From positions 1-5,078 of IMG/VR virus record IMGVR_UViG_3300029703_000068: DNA of 5,078 nt; one strand, 5' to 3'. The DNA comes from a virus (Duplodnaviria > Heunggongvirae > Uroviricota > Caudoviricetes). How positions within the stretch are numbered: position 1 is the stretch's first letter; each line of letters opens with the position of its first letter. This document shows, piece after piece, positions 1 through 5,078 of the stretch. Under the pieces are notes generated by a model. The model was not told the DNA's origin and did no database searches. It was given only the letters and a program-made list of their open reading frames with translations. A program made the translations under genes and the position numbers.

Positions 1-1
1 A

Positions 2-190
2 TGCAGGCACACCGGTGAGGATGACGTTGGTATTCTGGAACGTATCAGGCTTCTGAAGTGTTTTTACCTGTGCGGTGTTGACGATGAAACAGGTGAGCCT
101 GTTGAGCATGTTGATGCTGGCAGAGTAATTCTGATGCCCCCCTCAGTGGCAAAAGACATGGTCAGGAGCGGAATGGCCGTTTATGCGTGA
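2..190 (+). CDS. FI: 3' end of lambda FI-like DNA packaging / head-tail assembly protein (5' truncated by window start)
   Basis: Frame beginning at nt 2 is open to TGA 188-190 and translates to CRHTGEDDVGILERIRLLKCFYLCGVDDETGEPVEHVDAGRVILMPPSVAKDMVRSGMAVYA*. It sits immediately upstream of, and overlaps by 8 nt, the FII homologue, as in lambda. Assignment rests mainly on synteny plus recalled similarity to the gpFI C-terminus. Confidence 0.7.
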   Translation, partial: CRHTGEDDVGILERIRLLKCFYLCGVDDETGEPVEHVDAGRVILMPPSVAKDMVRSGMAVYA

Positions 191-536
191 TTTTGAGAAT
201 TCCTTTGATGCTGCCCTTGCCGGGGTGGACAGAACGATTGTTGAAGTGATGGGACTCTGTGCGCAGTTCACCTCGGGGGCACAGTGTGGCAGCGAAGTTC
301 AGGGGGTTTTTGACGATCCGGAGTCGCTGGGTTTTGCCGGTGGCGGGGTCCGTATTGAAGGAAGCAGCCCGTCATTATTTGTGCGGACGGATACGGTTCG
401 GGCTGTGCGGCGTGGTGACACGCTGACCATTAACGGCGAGATGTTCTGGGTGGATCGTGTTTCTCCGGATGACGGGGGAAGCTGTTATCTCTGGCTCAAC
501 CGTGGGCAACCACCCGCAGTTAACCGGCGACGATAA
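183..536 (+). CDS. FII: Head-tail joining (head completion / tail attachment) protein, lambda gpFII family
   Basis: 117-aa ORF, the same length as lambda gpFII. Its sequence (MRDFENSFDAA...GSSPSLFVRTD...FWVDRVSPDDGGSCYLWL..PPAVNRRR) is near-collinear with my recollection of lambda gpFII. The ATG at 183 overlaps the stop of the upstream ORF. Confidence 0.9.
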   Translation: MRDFENSFDAALAGVDRTIVEVMGLCAQFTSGAQCGSEVQGVFDDPESLGFAGGGVRIEGSSPSLFVRTDTVRAVRRGDTLTINGEMFWVDRVSPDDGGSCYLWLNRGQPPAVNRRR

Positions 537-550
537 ACGCAGGGTTAATT

Positions 551-1084
551 ATGGCGATAAAAGGGCTTGATCAGGCGATTGATAATCTGAGCCGGGTTCG
601 TAAAAACGCCATTCCGGCGGCTTCAGCAATGACGATTAACCGCGTGGCCACAACGGCGATTAATCAGTCTTCGTCACAGGTTGCCCGGGAAACCAGGGTG
701 AGACGGAAACTGGTAAAGGAACGGTCCAGACTGAAACGGGCGACGGTCAGAAATCCGAATGCCAGAATTATCGTTAACCGCGGTGATCTCCCTGTGATTA
801 AGCTGGGGATCAGGATGCTGGGGCGTCGCCCGAACAGCATACTTAAAGCCGGTCAGCATCGGTATCAGCGGGCATTTATTCAGCGATTAAAAAATGGTCG
901 CTGGCATGTCATGCAGCGTGTGGCCGGGAAAAACCGTTACCCCATTGATGTGGTGAAAATCCCGATGGCGGCCCCACTGAAACAGGCATTTGATGAGAAT
1001 GTTGACCGTATCCGGCGTGAACGCCTGCCTAAAGAACTGGCATACGCGCTGAAACAACAACTGAGGATTGCAATAAAACGATGA
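551..1084 (+). CDS. Z: Tail completion protein, lambda gpZ family
   Basis: 177-aa ORF. N-terminus MAIKGL...VARET.VRRKLVKER.RLKRATV.NP.ARI.VNRGDLPVIKLG and C-terminus LKNGRWHVMQRVAGKNRYPIDVVKIPMA...RIRRERLPKEL.YAL match lambda gpZ as I recall it. Position between FII and U is as expected. AGGG at 541-544 is a weak SD. Confidence 0.88.
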   Translation: MAIKGLDQAIDNLSRVRKNAIPAASAMTINRVATTAINQSSSQVARETRVRRKLVKERSRLKRATVRNPNARIIVNRGDLPVIKLGIRMLGRRPNSILKAGQHRYQRAFIQRLKNGRWHVMQRVAGKNRYPIDVVKIPMAAPLKQAFDENVDRIRRERLPKELAYALKQQLRIAIKR

Positions 1085-1476
1085 AACACACTGACATTCG
1101 TGCCGCAGTGCTGGATGCACTCGAGCAGCATGAACACGGGGCGACGCTGTTTGATGGTCGCCCCGTTGTTTTTGACGAAGAGGATTTTCCTGCGATCGCG
1201 GTTTATCTGACGGATGCAGAGTATACCGGTGAAGAGCTGGATGCAGATACCTGGCGGGCCACACTGCATATTGAGGTGTTTTTACCGGCACAGGTACCGG
1301 ATTCAGAGCTTGATCAGTGGATGGAAAGCCGGATTTATCCGGCGATGACTGCGATCCCGGCACTGGCAGGACTGATTACCACGATGGTTACGCAGGGCTA
1401 TGAGTATCATCGTGATGACGATATGGCGTTATGGAGCTCTGCGGATCTGACTTATTCCATTACATACGAGATGTGA
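1081..1476 (+). CDS. U: Tail tube terminator protein, lambda gpU family
   Basis: 131-aa ORF, the same length as lambda gp[74 protein letters not shown] is highly similar to lambda gpU. The start overlaps the Z stop in an ATGA motif (1081-1084), consistent with translational coupling. Confidence 0.92.
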   Translation: MKHTDIRAAVLDALEQHEHGATLFDGRPVVFDEEDFPAIAVYLTDAEYTGEELDADTWRATLHIEVFLPAQVPDSELDQWMESRIYPAMTAIPALAGLITTMVTQGYEYHRDDDMALWSSADLTYSITYEM

Positions 1477-1483
1477 GGACGAT

Positions 1484-2230
1484 ATGGCAACACCAAATCC
1501 CCTGGAGCCGGTAAAAGGTGCCGGTACCACTCTGTGGGTTTACAACGGCAAGGGTGATGCTTATGCAAACCCGTTGTCAGACGATGACTGGCAGCGACTG
1601 GCTAAGGTGAAGGATCTGACGCCGGGCGAGATGACGGCAGAATCCTACGATGATAACTACCTGGATGATGAAGACGCGGACTGGACCTCGACCGGGCAGG
1701 GACAGAAATCTGCAGGTGATACCAGTTTTACGCTGGCCTGGAAACCGGGTGAGGAAGGCCAGAAAGGGCTTATCGCATGGTTTGAAAGCGGGGATGTCAG
1801 GGCCTATAAAATCCGGTTCCCGAATGGTACGGTGGATGTGTTCAGTGGCTGGGTCAGCAGTATCGGTAAGGCCGTGACGGCGAAGGAAGTGATCACCAGA
1901 ACGGTGAAAGTTACCAATGTGGGACGCCCGTCGATGGCGGAAAATCTCACTAAAATTACGCCGGTTTCCGGTGTGACCATTAAACCGGAACCCCTGACCC
2001 TAGAAAAAGGGAAGGCAGGCACACTTACTGTGGCTGTGTTGCCGGATAATGCGTCTGATCCTTCATTAAGGGTGTCGACCGTGCATCGTGCGGTGGCCAC
2101 AGCCACGTTGAAGGAGAACACAGTGACGGTAAACGCACTTGAGAAAGGAACAACGTCGGTCGTGGTCATGAGTGATAACGGTAATTTTGTCGCTCTGGCG
2201 ACAGTAACCGTTAATGTCCCTGCCGCGTAA
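1484..2230 (+). CDS. V: Major tail tube protein, lambda gpV family, with C-terminal Ig-like (Big_2-type) domain
   Basis: 248-aa ORF. The N-terminal roughly 150 aa (..[71 protein letters not shown]...[47 protein letters not shown]) are almost collinear with lambda gpV. The C-terminal ~95 aa have the alternating V/T/S beta-strand pattern of a bacterial Ig-like domain. GAGGA SD at 1475-1479. Confidence 0.94.
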   Translation: MATPNPLEPVKGAGTTLWVYNGKGDAYANPLSDDDWQRLAKVKDLTPGEMTAESYDDNYLDDEDADWTSTGQGQKSAGDTSFTLAWKPGEEGQKGLIAWFESGDVRAYKIRFPNGTVDVFSGWVSSIGKAVTAKEVITRTVKVTNVGRPSMAENLTKITPVSGVTIKPEPLTLEKGKAGTLTVAVLPDNASDPSLRVSTVHRAVATATLKENTVTVNALEKGTTSVVVMSDNGNFVALATVTVNVPAA

Positions 2231-2239
2231 CGGGTGTTT

Positions 2240-2245
2240 AGGAGA
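2240..2245 (+). promoter_or_regulatory. Shine-Dalgarno sequence for G (AGGAGA)
   Basis: AGGAGA lies 6 nt upstream of ATG 2252, inside the 21-nt V-G intergenic gap. Confidence 0.7.
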
Positions 2246-2251
2246 ACACGC

Positions 2252-2683
2252 ATGTTTCTTAAAACAGAACAATTTGAATATAACGGTGTGTCTGTCACGC
2301 TTTCGGAGCTGTCTGCGCTGCAGCGTATCGAGCATCTTGCCCTGCTGAAACGGCGGGCAGAAGAGGCTGAAGCCAGCGGCAACCTGCAGGTGAGTGTGGA
2401 AGATCTTGTCAGAACCGGCGCGTTTCTGGTGGCGATGTCCCTGTGGCATAACCATCCGGAGAAAGTGCAGCTGCTGTCAATGAATGAGGCCGTGATGCAG
2501 ATCGAACAGGATGTGCTGACGACCTGGCCGGCTGATGCCATTGCCCGGGCGGAAGAGGTGGTGTTACGTCTGTCCGGGATGAGCGGGGCTGTTCATGCGA
2601 ATACTGACAGCACCGAAGTGGCGAAAAATAACACGCTGACTGATGATGATTTTTCTGCGGGAAAGTCTTCGACGGCGAGCTGA
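2252..2683 (+). CDS. G: Tail assembly chaperone, lambda gpG family (zero-frame product)
   Basis: ATG at 2252 preceded by AGGAGA (2240-2245) with a 6-nt spacer. Translation begins MFLKTEQFEYNGVSVTLSELSALQRIEHLALLKRRAEEAE..., matching the lambda gpG N-terminus (MFLKTE...). Stop TGA at 2681-2683. The ORF track's upstream GTG start (2234) lacks an SD and is not supported by homology. Confidence 0.9.
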   Translation: MFLKTEQFEYNGVSVTLSELSALQRIEHLALLKRRAEEAEASGNLQVSVEDLVRTGAFLVAMSLWHNHPEKVQLLSMNEAVMQIEQDVLTTWPADAIARAEEVVLRLSGMSGAVHANTDSTEVAKNNTLTDDDFSAGKSSTAS

Positions 2684-3123
2684 ACTTTGCCCTCAGACTG
2701 GCGCGTGAGATGGGAAGACCCGACTGGCGCGCCATGCTTGCCGGGATGACATCCACCGAATATGCCGACTGGCACCGTTTTTACCGCACGCATTATTTTC
2801 AGGATACCCAGCTGGATATGCATTTTTCCGGGCTGACGTACGCTGTACTCAGCCTGTTTTTTTGCGATCCGGATATGCATCCCTCTGATTTCAGTCTGCT
2901 TGTCCCCCGGCATGAGGAAGAGCAGGTGGAGAGGCCGGATGAGGACAAAATGCTGATGCAGAAAGCGGCAGGACTTGCCGGAGGCGTCCGGTTCGGTGGG
3001 GACGGAGGGCGCGATATTTTATCGTCTGCGGATGTGGCGGATGTCATGGTGGATGATGCCGCATTAATGATGGCTTCAGCGGGGATTCCGGGAGGTGTGA
3101 GATATGTCCCAGCCGGTTGGTGA
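2252..3123 (+). CDS. G-T: Tail assembly chaperone G-T fusion, made by programmed -1 ribosomal frameshift at 2659-2665 (T-frame portion about 2665-3123)
   Basis: The slippery heptamer G GGA AAG lies in the G frame 16-22 nt before the G stop. The -1 frame is open from the slip site and reads VFDGELNFALRLAREMGRPDWRAMLAGM.STEYADWHRFY.THYF.D..LDMHFSGLTY.VLSLFF.DPDMHP.DFSLL..., matching lambda gpT as I recall it. T-frame stop TGA at 3121-3123. Confidence 0.85.
2659..2665 (+). other. Programmed -1 ribosomal frameshift slippery site (X XXY YYZ = G GGA AAG)
   Basis: Exact heptamer GGGAAAG, positioned in the G zero frame as G|GGA|AAG near the 3' end of G. The -1 frame continues into the T homologue. 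Same motif and placement as the characterised lambda G-T frameshift. Confidence 0.85.
3091..3096 (+). promoter_or_regulatory. Shine-Dalgarno sequence for H (GGAGGT), embedded in the 3' end of the T reading frame
   Basis: GGAGGT lies 7 nt upstream of ATG 3104 and is located within T coding sequence. Confidence 0.7.
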
Positions 3124-5078
3124 TCTTGTTATTGACCTGAGTCTGGATGCGGCCCGTTTCGATGAGCAGATGAGCCGGGTAAGGCGTCATTTTTCAGGAC
3201 TGGATACCGACGCCAGAAAAACCGCCGGTGCCGTTGAGCAGAGTCTGAACCGTCAGGCGCTGGCCGCACAAAAAGCCGGGATTTCCGTCGGGCAGTATAA
3301 AGCAGCCATGCGTACCCTGCCCGCACAGTTTACGGATATCGCCACGCAGCTTGCCGGTGGTCAGAATCCCTGGCTCATCCTGCTGCAACAGGGCGGTCAG
3401 GTGAAGGACTCCTTCGGCGGGATGATCCCCATGTTCAGGGGGCTTGCCGGTGCGATCAGCCTGCCGATGGTCGGGGTCACCTCGCTGGCGGTGGCGACAG
3501 GTGCGCTGGCGTACGCCTGGTACCAGGGGGATTCCACGCTTTCAGAATTTAATAAAACGCTGGTCCTTTCCGGCAATCAGGCCGGACTGACTGCCGATCG
3601 TATGCTGACGCTCTCCAGAGCCGGGCAGGCGGCAGGGCTGACGTTTAACCAGGCGAGAGAGTCACTGGCAGCCCTGGTGAATGCCGGTGTGCGTGGTGGT
3701 GAACAGTTTGATGCCATTAACCAGAGTGTCGCGCGTTTTGCGTCTGCATCCGGTGTTGAAGTGGACAAGGTTGCAGAGGCTTTCGGAAAACTGACCACCG
3801 ACCCGACGTCGGGACTGATGGCGATGGCGCGCCAGTTCCGTAACGTGACGGCAGAGCAGATTGCGTATGTTGCACAACTGCAGCGTTCCGGAGACGAGGC
3901 CGGGGCCTTACAGGCGGCGAACGATATCGCCACGAAAGGCTTTGATGAGCAGACCCGTCGCCTGAAAGAAAACATGGGAACACTGGAGACCTGGGCGGAT
4001 AAAACAGGGAAGGCATTCAAATCGATGTGGGATGCCATTCTGGATATCGGTCGTCCGGAATCCTCAGCGGATATGCTCGCCAGTGCGCAGAAGGCATTTG
4101 ATGAGGCGGATAAAAAATGGCAGTGGTACCAGAGCCGGAGCCAGCGCCGCGGTAAAACCTCCTCTTTCCGGGCCAACCTTCAGGGCGCATGGGATGACCG
4201 GGAAAATGCCCGTCTGGGTCTGGCAGCGGCAACGCTGCAGTCGGATATGGAAAAAGCCGGTGAACTGGCGGCAAGGGACAGGGCTGAGCGTGAGTCGTCA
4301 CAGCTGAAGTATACCGGAGAGGCGCAGAAGGCGTATGAGCGCCTGCTGACGCCACTGGAGAAATATACCGCCCGGCAGGAAGAGCTGAATAAGGCCCTGA
4401 AAGACGGGAAAATCCTGCAGGCGGATTACAACACGCTGATGGCGTCGGCAAAAAAGGATTATGAGTCGACGCAGAAAAAGCCGTCCGGTGTGAAGGTGTC
4501 TGCCGGTGAGCGCCAGGAAGACCGGGCGCATGCAGCCATGCTGGCGCTTGAAACCGAGCTCAGGACGCTGGAAAAACACAGCGGTGTGAATGAGAAAATC
4601 AGCCAGCAGCGCCGGGATTTATGGAAAGCGGAAAATCAGTATGTGGTCCTGAAAGAGGCCGCCACGAAACGGCAGTTATCTGAGCAGGAAAAATCCCTGC
4701 TGGCCCATGAGAAAGAGACGCTGGAGTACAAACGCCAGCTGGCTGCACTTGGCGACAAGGTTACGTATCAGGAGCGCCTGAACGCGCTGGCGCAGCAGGC
4801 GGATAAATTCGCACAGCAGCAACGGGCAAAACGGGCCGCCATTGATGCGAAAAGCCGGGGGCTGACTGACCGGCAGGCAGAACGGGAAGCCACGGAACAG
4901 CGCCTGAAGGAACAGTATGGCGATAATCCGCTGGCGCTGAATAACGTCATGTCAGAGCAGAAAAAGACCTGGGCGGCTGAAGACCAGCTTCGCGGGAACT
5001 GGATGGCAGGCCTGAAGTCCGGCTGGAGTGAGTGGGAAGAGAGCGCCACGGACAGTATGTCGCAGGTAAAAAGTGCAG
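3104..5078 (+). CDS. H: Tail tape measure protein, lambda gpH family (N-terminal ~658 aa; 3' truncated by window end)
   Basis: ATG at 3104 preceded by GGAGGT (3091-3096) with a 7-nt spacer. The frame is open with no stop to the window end. Translation MSQPVGDLVIDLSLDAARFDEQMSRVRRHFSG...GISVGQYKAAMR.LPAQFTD.ATQLAGGQ.PWLILLQQGGQVKDSFGGMIPMFRGLAGAI.LPMVG.TSLAVATGALAYAWYQG...LKYT.EAQKAYERL.TPLEKYTARQEELNKALKDGKILQADYNTLMA.AKKDYE...DNPLALNNVMSEQKKTWAAEDQLRGNWMAGLKSGWSEWEESATDSMSQVKSA matches lambda gpH closely. The start overlaps the T-frame end by 20 nt. Confidence 0.95.
   Translation, partial: MSQPVGDLVIDLSLDAARFDEQMSRVRRHFSGLDTDARKTAGAVEQSLNRQALAAQKAGISVGQYKAAMRTLPAQFTDIATQLAGGQNPWLILLQQGGQVKDSFGGMIPMFRGLAGAISLPMVGVTSLAVATGALAYAWYQGDSTLSEFNKTLVLSGNQAGLTADRMLTLSRAGQAAGLTFNQARESLAALVNAGVRGGEQFDAINQSVARFASASGVEVDKVAEAFGKLTTDPTSGLMAMARQFRNVTAEQIAYVAQLQRSGDEAGALQAANDIATKGFDEQTRRLKENMGTLETWADKTGKAFKSMWDAILDIGRPESSADMLASAQKAFDEADKKWQWYQSRSQRRGKTSSFRANLQGAWDDRENARLGLAAATLQSDMEKAGELAARDRAERESSQLKYTGEAQKAYERLLTPLEKYTARQEELNKALKDGKILQADYNTLMASAKKDYESTQKKPSGVKVSAGERQEDRAHAAMLALETELRTLEKHSGVNEKISQQRRDLWKAENQYVVLKEAATKRQLSEQEKSLLAHEKETLEYKRQLAALGDKVTYQERLNALAQQADKFAQQQRAKRAAIDAKSRGLTDRQAEREATEQRLKEQYGDNPLALNNVMSEQKKTWAAEDQLRGNWMAGLKSGWSEWEESATDSMSQVKSA

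Noticed and set aside
537-550. Possible promoter, terminator or inserted element in the intergenic gaps (537-550, 1477-1483, 2231-2251)
   Set aside because: The gaps are 7-21 nt and contain only ribosome-binding sequences, too short for a promoter, an intrinsic terminator hairpin with U-tract, or any mobile or accessory insertion.
887-1363. 158-aa and nested 110-aa (937-1269) reverse-strand ORFs antisense to Z and U
   Set aside because: They overlap conserved Z and U on the opposite strand, have no SD, and an implausible composition. An open antisense frame is expected by chance in GC-moderate coding DNA.
1650-1877. 75-aa forward alternative-frame ORF inside V
   Set aside because: Out of frame with conserved V. 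The product is Arg/Pro/Gly-rich and there is no ribosome binding site.
2234-2251. GTG start at 2234 for G, as given in the ORF track (adds MFRRTR to the N-terminus)
   Set aside because: The AGGAGA Shine-Dalgarno sequence at 2240-2245 would lie inside this extension, and it is correctly spaced for ATG 2252. Lambda gpG begins MFLKTE, which corresponds to the 2252 start.
2066-2455. 129-aa reverse-strand ORF antisense to the V 3' end and the G 5' end
   Set aside because: Antisense to conserved genes. The product is Arg/His/Cys-rich and looks like a frame artefact.
1804-2541. 245-aa reverse-strand ORF spanning the V/G region
   Set aside because: Entirely antisense to the strongly conserved V and G genes. 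The translation is low-complexity and Ser/Thr/Arg/Cys-rich, typical of the antisense frame of a codon-biased gene, with no recognisable start context.
2696-2731. 10-bp direct repeat GACTGGCGCG at 2696-2705 and 2722-2731
   Set aside because: Short, inside coding sequence, and the two copies fall in different codon phases. No associated inverted repeat or target-site features. Most likely chance.
2710-3123. T as an independently initiated 137-aa protein from ATG 2710
   Set aside because: There is no convincing SD upstream of 2710. The -1 frame is open back to the slippery heptamer at 2659-2665, and in lambda the T frame is expressed only as the G-T fusion. The 2710 ATG is most likely an internal Met codon.
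3577-4176. 199-aa reverse-strand ORF (plus 3717-4016 and 3662-3877) inside H
   Set aside because: Antisense to the highly conserved tape measure gene. The Ser/Ala/Arg-rich translation is characteristic of the reverse complement of an Ala/Leu/Arg/Glu-rich coiled-coil coding region.
4032-4307. 91-aa forward ORF in an alternative frame within H
   Set aside because: It lies in a different frame from the conserved H reading frame, which is continuous through this region. The product is Arg-rich with no SD, so it is an out-of-frame artefact.
4017-4451. 144-aa reverse-strand ORF, plus 4298-4579 (93 aa) and 4768-5049 (93 aa), inside H
   Set aside because: Same reasoning: antisense to H, Pro/Arg/Ser-rich or Leu/Arg/Gln-rich, with no independent support.

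Overview
The whole window reads as one tightly packed, co-directional (+ strand) piece of a lambda-like (lambdoid siphovirus) late operon: the head-tail joining and tail morphogenesis module in the canonical order FI(3' end)-FII-Z-U-V-G/G-T-H(5' two-thirds). Every gene is recognisable by strong protein-level similarity, recalled from memory, to the phage lambda proteins gpFI, gpFII, gpZ, gpU, gpV, gpG, gpT and gpH; no search was run. Gene junctions are overlapping or very short (ATGA overlap Z/U, 8-nt overlap FI/FII, 20-nt overlap T/H, gaps of 7-21 nt elsewhere), so there is no room for an inserted accessory cassette. The most notable non-trivial feature is the conserved programmed -1 ribosomal frameshift site (G GGA AAG, 2659-2665) that fuses G to the T frame to make the G-T tail assembly chaperone; a simple ORF caller misses this. 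I do not see evidence for a novel or previously undescribed system here. The interesting points are the frameshift, translational coupling, and a mosaic pattern of local divergence from lambda (V C-terminal Ig-like domain, a central segment of Z, a segment of H). All reverse-strand ORFs in the supplied track are antisense to these conserved genes and are rejected. The ORF track omits H because it has no stop in the window; it runs in frame from ATG 3104 to the window end.
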